Shown: in pieces, positions 11,480-20,553 of the stretch | Layout: every line of letters starts with the position of its first letter | Numbering within the stretch: the first letter of the stretch is position 1 | Source of the DNA: Nostoc sp. DedSLP01 | GTDB lineage: Bacteria > Cyanobacteriota > Cyanobacteriia > Cyanobacteriales > Nostocaceae | Length of the DNA stretch: 64,000 nucleotides | Assembly (NCBI GenBank): GCA_034530875.2 | Contig: JAVRCJ020000026.1 | Coordinates: 32,001 to 96,000 of the forward strand | Direction: 5' to 3' | Program-made: the position numbers and the translations under genes | The notes under the pieces: model-generated | What the model saw: only the letters and a program-made list of their open reading frames with translations | The model's database searches: none | What the model was told of the DNA's origin: nothing

Positions 11480-12361
11480 TCAAAGTTCAAGGCTTAAGTT
11501 TAAACCTGGATTAATAAGATTTTTATTTTGTAATTTTTTCTTCAAATCAGGTTGAATTTTGTAATTAGTAATAAATAACTCTTTCCCCTTAGCAGCACTA
11601 CTCTGTTTATAGTTATTCATGCCATATTGCAATTCCCACTCGGAAATGTTAGCCCATTGAAAATTTTCTCGAATTTGTGGTGAATCATCGTAAGTAATTA
11701 GCCAGGGATGATGGCATTGTTGTAAAAGTTCGGCAAATCTTTGATGTTGAAATGAAGTGTGCAAGTCACCATCTTTGCCATATAGTTTTGATTTTGTAGG
11801 GCTAAAGTATGGCGGGTCTAAGAACAAAAATATTTTTTTTCCTTCTTTTTGTAAGAGATAACTGTAATCTAAGTTAGTAATTTCGACATTTTTTGCCAAA
11901 ATAGATTCTAATTTTTCTAGCCGTTCTATTGAGGAGTCAGTAAAGCGTTTATGAAAAGCTTCTTGAGAAAAACCGCCTGATTCTACAGTACCGCTAAAGG
12001 TAATTCTATTAAGAACAAAAAATCGGACTGCTCTTTCAAAATCAGATAATTTTTCGATGTCTATATTAGTTAATTCTGTATATAATAATTTACCATCTCT
12101 GTATTTGGCTTTAATATGGCGAATTTCTTTAACTAAGTGAGCTATATCAGATTGGGCAAACTTCCAAAATAAGAATAGTTCGCGGTTTAAATCGTTAATC
12201 CAAATTTTGATATCAGGAAATTTTTGTTTTAAATAAATAAATACCGAACCACCGCCGACAAAAGGTTCTCGAAATTCAGAGAAATCATCTGGTAAATATT
12301 CTACTATTTGATTTATGGCTTTTGACTTGCCACCAGGATATCGCAGAGGGCTTTTAAGCAT
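11480..12361 (-). CDS. Dam-like (alpha class) N6-adenine DNA methyltransferase, no adjacent restriction enzyme
   Basis: SPLRYPGGKS, motif I EPFVGGGSV, INDLN, motif IV FLDPPY. Confidence 0.92.
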   Translation of the reverse strand: MLKSPLRYPGGKSKAINQIVEYLPDDFSEFREPFVGGGSVFIYLKQKFPDIKIWINDLNRELFLFWKFAQSDIAHLVKEIRHIKAKYRDGKLLYTELTNIDIEKLSDFERAVRFFVLNRITFSGTVESGGFSQEAFHKRFTDSSIERLEKLESILAKNVEITNLDYSYLLQKEGKKIFLFLDPPYFSPTKSKLYGKDGDLHTSFQHQRFAELLQQCHHPWLITYDDSPQIRENFQWANISEWELQYGMNNYKQSSAAKGKELFITNYKIQPDLKKKLQNKNLINPGLNLSLEL

Positions 12362-12600
12362 TTAGTTTTGCCATATTTTAGTTTGGCATTTGCTATTAAA
12401 ACATAGAAATAGATAAGCAAGAATAATTTTATCTTTACTGGTTAAAATTTTTGAAGTGATTTCGTGAGGCTAAATTTTATGGCCCGTTCTGCACCCTACC
12501 AACCTTTGTTGTTGCGAATTCTTCATTGTGCGAGTGGAATTTTAGCGATCGCCAACATACCACAAAAACTACGCATCCGTAATAACTCTTGGCTAACTAA

Positions 12601-12650
12601 TTATGTAATTTATGTTGCAATTTCGTAAAAATCTGTTACATTACTTAACG
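12601..12650 (+). promoter_or_regulatory. Possible HLR1-like (RpaB) elements upstream of hli
   Basis: GTTACATT-AC-TTAACGTA at 12635-12652 plus inverted TGTAA-like half-sites upstream. hli genes are known RpaB/HLR1 targets, but the second half-site is imperfect. Confidence 0.4.
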
Positions 12651-12693
12651 TAAGGTTCTAACTGTCACAGCATAGAAGCTCGGAGTGTTAATT

Positions 12694-12873
12694 ATGTCAA
12701 ACGCTAACAAGACTACGCCTTCGGTTTCACAAGATCCTAATGCTTTACGCTGGGGCTTTACTCCTCAGAGTGAAAACTGGAACGGTCGTTTTGCGATGAT
12801 TGGTTTTTTAGCTGCCATTCTAGTTGAAGCGTTTTCTGGTCAGGGGATTTTACACTTCTGGGGCATTTTATAA
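12694..12873 (+). CDS. hli: High-light-inducible protein (Hli/Scp, chlorophyll a/b-binding-like)
   Basis: [19 protein letters not shown] (ExxNGRxAMxG) followed by one transmembrane helix. Confidence 0.95.
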   Translation: MSNANKTTPSVSQDPNALRWGFTPQSENWNGRFAMIGFLAAILVEAFSGQGILHFWGIL

Positions 12874-13001
12874 ATTTAGTCATTAGTCATTAGTAAATAC
12901 GGATAACTGATGACTAATGATTAATCAAAGTCGTCTTCTGGCCAAAAACAATGGGGCGCAAGGCACAGGACACAATTTCAGAGTGAATAAATCGCCAGTA
13001 A

Positions 13002-14111
13002 CTAGCGCGATGAGCGAAATATTACACGACCTGGGGATTCTTCGTGGTTGATTCGTGTATATACTCGCAGACAAGTTAATACTTCCCCAGGAGTTCCGCC
13101 AAAATCTAGTTGTAAGTCATCTTTAGATGAGGCGCAGATATCTGCATAAAGTCCTGATAATTGGCGAATTCGGACTTCATAACCTTCATTAATCGCTCTA
13201 TCGGCGGCTTTTTTGAGGATACGGCGCGATTCGGATTGTAGCTTACCCCACCAAGAATAGCGATCGGCTGGGGGTAGAAATACCAAAGAGTGTATTGCTT
13301 CATCCATATCAATCCAAGCACGCAAAATAGACACGGGATCGGCATTGTCTTCAGCTTTTTGGGTGCGTTGACAGCGATCGCTTAAAGCATTAATGTATTG
13401 ATGCCGCTGTTCTGATTTAGAGTGTAACGAGATGATATCGAAGCTACAAAGACTCTTTAAAGCGTGATATAAATCTGGTTCTATTTCCAGAAATTTGATA
13501 TATAAAAATAGGAATCCGACTGCTAAATCGGATTCATTAACTTGGGAAGTTTGAGAATTTAAAAGTGCTTGCTGAGATAAACTTAATCCTTGAGTTTGAA
13601 CAGAACCACTCAGTCCAGGATAGATAATTTCATCGCGGATAAAAGGAAGTTGATAGAGATTAGAACTATCAGCGATCGCGCCGACTTCTTGAGCCATATC
13701 TAAGCTGCGCTGTCGCCACAACGCACCCAATTCTTCTGGTATTCTTAGCAGCTTGCGTTGAATTTCATTCCACAAATCTGAGTCAGTTTTACTTTGTAAT
13801 TGGGAATTACCGAGATAGAAATTAAGTTCTGAATCAGAATCAAAAGCTTCCCTTAGATGATTGAGTTTTAATGTATTTTGGGGAGAGATAATCGTATCTT
13901 CCCAACCAATATCTCGGTGTAAAGGTGTAGGCGCAGGTTGCAATAAATTATGAAGTTCTTGCAATAATTCATCGCATAACTTGACTCCTGGATCTAGTGG
14001 AAATTCTGCACGAGCGTGATTTAAAGTAGCTTCGAGTCCGGAGAGAGTAAACCGCAATAATTGGCCTAGTTGGGAGTTTTGTATTTCTAATAATTGACGG
14101 AAATGTTGCAT
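13002..14111 (-). CDS. Hypothetical protein with a putative GrpE-like C-terminal domain
   Basis: 369-aa ORF, last gene of the cluster. C-terminus PGEVLTCLRVYTRINHEESPGRVIF resembles the GrpE beta-domain pattern. The ORF is solid; the function is inferred. Confidence 0.6.
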   Translation of the reverse strand: MQHFRQLLEIQNSQLGQLLRFTLSGLEATLNHARAEFPLDPGVKLCDELLQELHNLLQPAPTPLHRDIGWEDTIISPQNTLKLNHLREAFDSDSELNFYLGNSQLQSKTDSDLWNEIQRKLLRIPEELGALWRQRSLDMAQEVGAIADSSNLYQLPFIRDEIIYPGLSGSVQTQGLSLSQQALLNSQTSQVNESDLAVGFLFLYIKFLEIEPDLYHALKSLCSFDIISLHSKSEQRHQYINALSDRCQRTQKAEDNADPVSILRAWIDMDEAIHSLVFLPPADRYSWWGKLQSESRRILKKAADRAINEGYEVRIRQLSGLYADICASSKDDLQLDFGGTPGEVLTCLRVYTRINHEESPGRVIFRSSR

Positions 14112-14129
14112 GAAGATTACCTTTTTATC

Positions 14130-14235
14130 TCACGCAGAGGCGCAGAGGCGCGGAGAGAAAGAGGAGATTTTTTCTATCTCACACTAGGATGTAAGGCCTC
14201 AACAAAACTCTTTGCGTCTCTGCGTCTCTGCGTGA
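14130..14235. repeat. Inverted-repeat element built from CGCAGAGG(C/A) units
   Basis: TCACGCAGAGGCGCAGAGGCGCGGAGAG ... CTCTTTGCGTCTCTGCGTCTCTGCGTGA. A half copy lies at about 37906-37934. Confidence 0.75.
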
Positions 14236-14242
14236 AGTAATT

Positions 14243-17200
14243 CTAATGTATACCGCAAAATGGATCGCGTTCTTTATCAACTTCATTAGGTTGTAATTCT
14301 AATTCAGCAATATAAACGCATCCTTCTTCTTTGAGACATTCTTGATTTGTCGATCTCCAATAAGGTACTTCACCTGCGTGCATCCGTAAAATACCTTGAT
14401 TATCGAGAGTCACACGATATTGACAAGGATAATCTGTTGTAATGTCTGGTTTGCTGAGTGCGCCAATTCGTATCCATTTTTTCGTTTGGGTTTCGGCGTC
14501 TGTTTGATAAATATAAAAGGTATGCTGGCCAGTTTTTGGGAAAGGAGGTAAGGGATTACTAATTAATCCGATTCCTGATTGTGCTGCGCTATCATCCAAA
14601 TAGTGAAATTCTTGGAAAGAGCGATCGCTATTTCCAACTTCAAATACTAGATGATAAGCATCTGCTCGATCCACAGTTGCAGATTCGATCACATTAACTG
14701 CAATATCACCATCATTTAAGTCTTTATTGGGGCGTTCTATAGCAATATTCCACTTTAATGTACCATCAGCAAATAGCGCTGAACTTTCTGAAATTAGATT
14801 TCCTAAATCAATGCCAGGAATGTCAATTAAATAATGGGGATTTCCTTGACAAAGTAAAACCTTAAATTCAAGCGTTTGGTCAATTTCAAACTGAATTTTG
14901 ATTTTTTTGAGAAATGCTGCTTCTTCCATTCCTAACTTATTCATCAGGTTTTTACCGTCGAAGCTACCCCAAAGCCGTAAATCTCCTTCTTCGTAATCTT
15001 GGCGGTAGATAATATTAGTTAATTGTATCCCTTGCCAAGGAGTACGGACTTTGGCGACAGTCTCCCAAGGTGCTAGTTGATAAAGTTCTTGTCCGGCTCG
15101 GAATATAGTCAATAAATCGTTGCTTTGAGTTTTACGTTTGAAGTTACAGGGCAAATAATAAAATAGATTTTTTACATCAATTTCTAACTGATTGGCTCCC
15201 TTACGCAGTAAGGTTTTAGATTCTTCTGGATCGAATCTCAATCGGCGTAATTTTTCGGCATAGCAAGCACCGGCGGAGGTAGCTAATTTAGTAAATTCAA
15301 GGACAAATGTAATACGTTCTGGATTCCAAACAAAATACGGAGACTTGCTGAATTCTTGATAGATTTGGCGTTGCACTAAATCAAGGTTGCAAGTTTTACC
15401 AGATAAGATTAACCAATCAACTTTTTGAGAATTCCAAAAATATTTGGTAAGATTCTCAGGACGCAAACGGCTTTCCATTAATCCTTTAGCAATGCCGATC
15501 GCTTCTTTAATTCCGGAAACTGCGGCTCGTTGAAATTGCCGATTGTCTAGAGTGACGCAGATGTTATTTGGGTCTTTAACTGGGAATTTAATAGCACTTT
15601 GGCTGAGGAGTTCGGAAATTTCTTGTTCGGAAAGCGTAAAGGTTAGTAGAGAATTATTATTGGGTGCTTTTTGTCCAAGTTTTAGTTTAGCTGCTTCTGC
15701 ATAATCCCACAGCAGATAAAATGTTTGTAGGCGTTGTGGTGCTTGTTGCCAACGAGTAGGTAATACTTTTTCAGCAATATCTAAAGCATCTTTATAAGCG
15801 ACATCACCTTCTGGATTTTCCTTGTCCAAACATTTTAAAAGACTGCCAGTTTTGAATTTGCCTTGTTCTAAAAAACGCTCGTTTAATTCCGAGTTAATTA
15901 AATCTTCTAACTTTTCGCTTTCAATATTACCTGTGGTGACTGCTGTTAATACAAAGTCAGCGATCGCAACTTTCAAAAGTCGAAAAATTCGCAGTGTAAT
16001 TAATTCACCACCTAGCTGTAAATGACCGGACGAACCTAATAGCTTAGGAGTCAATTTGTAATAACGTCCTCCTAAACCGCGGTCTTCATCATTAGCAAAA
16101 GTTGGGGTTTTATCTTCCAGAGTTAATTCTATTAAAGCTAAATCTGTGGTACCGCCGCCGATATCCAAAACGAGGACATTTTGCGACCATTTATTTCCAG
16201 TTTGGCGACAACGAGTTTTGAAGGATTCGATACCAATATTCAGATTACCACCAAATTCTCGCCACAAAAAGAATATCGCCACAGAAACAGCTTCATCATA
16301 AGCAGTTTGGACATCATCAATTGCCAACTGTTCGACTAATTCTTTAACTTCCTTGCGAACAACAGGCGGGGCGACTGTTGGATAGGTAACAACTGCTGTT
16401 AACAAATCCCCTTCAGAAAATCTGCGTCGCGCCCGTTGGCGGTAGTCTTCAGTTAACTTTATTAAATGCGCCCAAGCAGATTGAATTAATTCTTTTGCGG
16501 TAATTGTTTCTTCCTTGCCATCCAAATTAACTGAAAACGATCGCTCTTGACCAAAATAGCGTTTTGGTGAATGATGAAACCTGCTAATAATTTCCTTTAA
16601 ACTACCGCTTGTACCTTGAGCGATCGCTTTTTTTCGATTATCTCTCGCTTCCCTACCCATCCGCAGTTGTAATTTGCCTAAATCAGAAATTTCCGATTCA
16701 CTAGGAATTTCTGTTTCGCGGCGGTCTATATCCAACACAACTGGAATGAGATTTTGCGATTCTAAGGTAGGAACGCGGAACACTTCATGATAGATTTGAT
16801 ATAGTTTTTTGCTGACAGCGCGACGGAATCTTTCGCTATTGCCTAAGCAAAGTTCAATTTGGCGAATTGCTTCTAAAAATCGTTCTTTGTTATCAGTTTC
16901 AAAAACTTCGCTTAATTTTCTTGGTTCTACTTCTAGGTTTTTACTAATTTCGAGAATAAACTTTTCCCAATCATCATCGCTGACATCTGGTAATGCTACA
17001 GAAGCAGGAGAACTCAGCCATTGCGATAAGCGATCGCGCAATCGAATTTCTTGTTCTTTGGGTAAAATTTCAGCAATGGGTACTTCAATGGGATCGAAAA
17101 GAGTAACTGTAGAATTCGACGTCCCAAAATCTAATGCGAACCATCCCGGAAATCTTTTTTGTTGTTTATCAGTATAGTTGTTCAATTGAAAAGAGTTCAT
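14243..17200 (-). CDS. Large atypical Hsp70/actin-fold ATPase (SrfB-like)
   Basis: All Hsp70 NBD motifs in order: ALDFGTSNS, YDEAVSVA, VLDIGGGTTDL, LGGELIT, AEAAKLKL, LILSGKTCNL, KLATSAGA. Confidence 0.85.
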   Translation of the reverse strand: MNSFQLNNYTDKQQKRFPGWFALDFGTSNSTVTLFDPIEVPIAEILPKEQEIRLRDRLSQWLSSPASVALPDVSDDDWEKFILEISKNLEVEPRKLSEVFETDNKERFLEAIRQIELCLGNSERFRRAVSKKLYQIYHEVFRVPTLESQNLIPVVLDIDRRETEIPSESEISDLGKLQLRMGREARDNRKKAIAQGTSGSLKEIISRFHHSPKRYFGQERSFSVNLDGKEETITAKELIQSAWAHLIKLTEDYRQRARRRFSEGDLLTAVVTYPTVAPPVVRKEVKELVEQLAIDDVQTAYDEAVSVAIFFLWREFGGNLNIGIESFKTRCRQTGNKWSQNVLVLDIGGGTTDLALIELTLEDKTPTFANDEDRGLGGRYYKLTPKLLGSSGHLQLGGELITLRIFRLLKVAIADFVLTAVTTGNIESEKLEDLINSELNERFLEQGKFKTGSLLKCLDKENPEGDVAYKDALDIAEKVLPTRWQQAPQRLQTFYLLWDYAEAAKLKLGQKAPNNNSLLTFTLSEQEISELLSQSAIKFPVKDPNNICVTLDNRQFQRAAVSGIKEAIGIAKGLMESRLRPENLTKYFWNSQKVDWLILSGKTCNLDLVQRQIYQEFSKSPYFVWNPERITFVLEFTKLATSAGACYAEKLRRLRFDPEESKTLLRKGANQLEIDVKNLFYYLPCNFKRKTQSNDLLTIFRAGQELYQLAPWETVAKVRTPWQGIQLTNIIYRQDYEEGDLRLWGSFDGKNLMNKLGMEEAAFLKKIKIQFEIDQTLEFKVLLCQGNPHYLIDIPGIDLGNLISESSALFADGTLKWNIAIERPNKDLNDGDIAVNVIESATVDRADAYHLVFEVGNSDRSFQEFHYLDDSAAQSGIGLISNPLPPFPKTGQHTFYIYQTDAETQTKKWIRIGALSKPDITTDYPCQYRVTLDNQGILRMHAGEVPYWRSTNQECLKEEGCVYIAELELQPNEVDKERDPFCGIH

Positions 17201-17276
17201 TATAGTATCAAATGGTTATGTTTAATGCTGATTTTTTATTTAGGGCGATGCTTTAAACTGCATCTAATGAAACATC

Positions 17277-19823
17277 TCAGTAAAAAACACCAGCAATATC
17301 TGAAAGAATCTGCAACCAACTAGGAACTGCAATTTCAATTGGAAAATCACCCGCTGTTAAATATCTCAGTAATGTTTCTTTTTTCGAGAAGTTTTGCAAA
17401 CTAGGAATAATTCCATCCAAAATGCCTTCTAGTTCGGAATTAATTTGCTGATTCACTTCACTAACATATTGCACTAAATGAAGGCTAGCACTAGCAGTAA
17501 TTTCATCTCGTAGCCGCAGTATTAAAAGTTGATGATTGATAGATCTGGGTAAGCCTTGGCTTTTCTCTGGTGCCCAGTCGAAGATTTGACCAACGTTGTG
17601 TTTATCGTCTTGACGCGCTAGGGGAAAAATATTTTCTGGTGCAACGGTTTTGTCTGTGTTACTAATTTCAGAAATGATTGCTTCTTTCCATTCGTTGGGG
17701 TCGCATCCTAGTAAGAGCTTATAAAATAAATCGGCTTCTTCTACACCAAATTTGGTTTCGATTTCTTGTTCCATCTCTGGTTGGAGAATTGCTTTCAATT
17801 GTTCGCGTTCTGGGGCGACTTCATTTGACAATTGACTCAACAAATCTACCACTGCTTGACGAATGCGATCGCGGGCAAATTCTTCTACTTCTTTAACAGT
17901 TTTTTCAAATACTAGATAAAAATCATCGCTCTTTGTCGGCACAGAAGTATTAACGCGATTTCCTCTATCAAATAATTTGCCAGCCGCACCTTTAGATTCA
18001 GTTAGAGCAATGCTACCATTGTTGATTTTATTGAACAGTAAAGTCCACTGACTCCAATTCAGTATTTTAAACGTAAGTTCGTCTTTAACGACATCGCTCA
18101 CAACAACACCGCGTCTGTCTTGAAGTGGTTCTTTTCCTAAAGTTTTTTGAAAATTCCTGTAGATTTTATCTAAACTTTCCACCACAAAACGCAACTCCAG
18201 AAAAGCAGGACTGTCTCCTGTGGGGATGCCTTGCTCGTGAATTTCATCTAAGATATCTTTCAGATGATCTTGTTGCTGACTTACTACATCAGCAGCTCTT
18301 TTAGTATCTTCATACAATTGCTTTAAACCATGAGTAGCGACATGATTTTGAATCAATTCTCGGAGCTTACTCAGACTACCATCTTGAGCAAAATAACCTA
18401 ATTGTCTGCCTAAATAGCTGCGGGTATTTGATTCTAACAATGCTTGGCTTAAGCGTCGCCATTTATCTTGTAGCCGCTTAGATCTATCTAAATAATCAGG
18501 ATAGTCTAAGTTAGCTAAAAACTCTGGCGAACCTGCTTTGACTTGACTCGAACGTTTCGCTAAATCAGCCAGTCCTAATAGTGGCGACAGTAAAACGATG
18601 CGGTCTTTTTGAGTTGTAAACGCCTGGGCGCCATCAATGGTGGTTTGCAAAACTTTGAGTTTTTGGAAAACAGTTTCCTCGTCTAAATCTCGATCTTCAG
18701 TCAGTTGGTCGAGTTCTCTTTCGCCACCCTCATTCTCCAAAGGTAATTGGTCGAAGCGACCCACACCCACGAGAATTAAATCTTTCAAGTCTTGTCCTGG
18801 TCGCTGCTGCTGCATCATCGTAAAGATTTTATGAGCGCGATCGCTTCCCGGAGATTTACCATTGAGCAGTACCAAAATTGTCTGTACTTCTGCCAATTCC
18901 CGCAGTGACAAAAAGGTATCTCTCGCACCGGAATTAGCAGCGCCCAAGCCGGGAAAATCGATCAGAATAAATTTAGCAGCACCCGTAACATCCCAAATTT
19001 CCCGCGAGATTTTCACATCAATATCTACGCGGCGAATCAGTGGAAAGCTGTTTTGTAATAATTTCGTTGGTAGCCTCTGGGGTGGACTCGGTAACCGAAT
19101 ATGCGCTGGCGGTAGATCCTCAAAGCTGAGAGTTTGGATAGCCATCGGCTGTTCGACTAGCTGTAGCCCTTCGCGGGCAGTGGTAGCATCAATCTGGTAG
19201 CGTCCGCTACACATTACTTGACCATACGCTTGATAAGCCCGAATGAATAAGACTAACTCTCTCAATAAATACCGTAGTTCGAGATTGTTAGAACTGTTCC
19301 ATGCTTCCTCACACCAGTCAATAATATCTTTCCCAGAGTTAAGCTTTGACACTGGTATGGGAGGCAGCCCTGCCGCCGTTGTCCGTTTATTGGCTTCTCC
19401 CAGCATGAAACGCAGACACTCATGCACCCCCTCGTGGGAAAGATATTCTACTGTAAAATTACTGAGTTGCGTAGTTGCAAAGTCATCTTGGGGTATGATG
19501 TGCAGGGCGGTGACGTTACCTGTAGTTGGGTTTTCACTTACTGGCAAAGCATCTGCATATCCAATCAAACTGCCTAAAAGTAAAGTTTTGCCGCTGCTGA
19601 ATTCTCCCATCACACCAATTTTCACAGGCGAAGTGGCAAGATCTACAGTTTTTTCTGCCGCTTCTCGCAGACGACGCAGACAATCATCAAGGCTAGCCGG
19701 AACCCAATCTTCTTGTTGTGAAGGATATTCGGGTACAGAATCTATCTTCCGGAGGATGAATTCACCATACTCTTTAAAACTAGCTAGTTTGTCTGTTTCC
19801 ATAGAGTAGTTTCCGCCTAACAT
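17277..19823 (-). CDS. Dynamin-like GTPase (SrfC-like)
   Basis: G1 GEFSSGKT, G2 ALPVSENPTTG, G3 LIDFPGLG, divergent G4 GRFD, then a long predicted-helical C-terminal half. Alternative start ATG 19802. Confidence 0.82.
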   Translation of the reverse strand: MLGGNYSMETDKLASFKEYGEFILRKIDSVPEYPSQQEDWVPASLDDCLRRLREAAEKTVDLATSPVKIGVMGEFSSGKTLLLGSLIGYADALPVSENPTTGNVTALHIIPQDDFATTQLSNFTVEYLSHEGVHECLRFMLGEANKRTTAAGLPPIPVSKLNSGKDIIDWCEEAWNSSNNLELRYLLRELVLFIRAYQAYGQVMCSGRYQIDATTAREGLQLVEQPMAIQTLSFEDLPPAHIRLPSPPQRLPTKLLQNSFPLIRRVDIDVKISREIWDVTGAAKFILIDFPGLGAANSGARDTFLSLRELAEVQTILVLLNGKSPGSDRAHKIFTMMQQQRPGQDLKDLILVGVGRFDQLPLENEGGERELDQLTEDRDLDEETVFQKLKVLQTTIDGAQAFTTQKDRIVLLSPLLGLADLAKRSSQVKAGSPEFLANLDYPDYLDRSKRLQDKWRRLSQALLESNTRSYLGRQLGYFAQDGSLSKLRELIQNHVATHGLKQLYEDTKRAADVVSQQQDHLKDILDEIHEQGIPTGDSPAFLELRFVVESLDKIYRNFQKTLGKEPLQDRRGVVVSDVVKDELTFKILNWSQWTLLFNKINNGSIALTESKGAAGKLFDRGNRVNTSVPTKSDDFYLVFEKTVKEVEEFARDRIRQAVVDLLSQLSNEVAPEREQLKAILQPEMEQEIETKFGVEEADLFYKLLLGCDPNEWKEAIISEISNTDKTVAPENIFPLARQDDKHNVGQIFDWAPEKSQGLPRSINHQLLILRLRDEITASASLHLVQYVSEVNQQINSELEGILDGIIPSLQNFSKKETLLRYLTAGDFPIEIAVPSWLQILSDIAGVFY

Positions 19824-20110
19824 AAATTTCTCTGAGCTTCAGGACATACAAAATGCGATCGCCAGGGATCTATACAACAGACTGGGTATGAGAAACAGGA
19901 TAGGGAACGCAGTAGAAGGTGCAGTAATTCTTCTTCCTTTGCTTGTACGTCTCCCCATCTTCTTCATCTCCCCCACTCCCCATTCCCTCATCGGCCTGAA
20001 GCTACCAGGACAATTTCCAAAATCTGGCTTTACGGAGCAAAATAATTATTGATTTAATATAAAAATCTTGAAATTTGTGAATTTTCTATGAAGAGTTGAA
20101 GAAGGTAGAA

Positions 20111-20197
20111 GGCAGGAGGCCGTTTTTGTAACGAAGACCCCATTCCAAAAACTTTTCGCCTTAAAAGGCGAGTTTTAGACCCGATTGTTTCGATAAC
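20111..20197 (+). repeat. Dispersed repeat of about 88 bp, copy 1
   Basis: GGCAGGAGGCCGTTTTTGTAACGA...ACCCCATTCCAAA...GACCCGATTGTTTCGATAAC; a direct-orientation second copy is at 23733-23821. Confidence 0.8.
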
Positions 20198-20553
20198 GAT
20201 GATTTTTAACACTGAGCTACTTATATAGTTTTCATGAAGCTCAATTAGATTTTTCAACCGTAAATTTACGCAATCCATATCAATTTATTAATGATTTATA
20301 TAAAAAAGCTAGTTAAGTAAATTTCCTGAGGAAAAAAACTTTTAATTTCAAGGAAAACGGTGAAGTTGGTCTTAATCAAAACTTCAGCATTTCTCTAATT
20401 TATTTACACAAAAAGAGGAATTAATATATATCCAAAAACAAATAAAGTATTAAGATAATTACCAGGCTGAGATCGAAATATTATACACATTTTTTAACAA
20501 ATCTAGTTTGAGAAATTTTACATCAATAATTTAGGCATAGAAGGCAGGCAAAA

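Noticed and set aside
12625..12639. Possible NtcA site upstream of hli
   Set aside because: Spacing is GTA-N9-TAC rather than GTA-N8-TAC.
14243..17200. Calling this gene dnaK
   Set aside because: It is far longer than DnaK, has large NBD insertions, a divergent adenosine motif (SGKT) and no canonical linker or lid; treated as an atypical Hsp70.
20054..20278. Short ORF here and its look-alikes at 23604-23855 and 23611-23820
   Set aside because: The shared peptide (KVFGMG..SSLQKRPPA) is a translation of the 88-bp DNA repeat; there is no other coding evidence.
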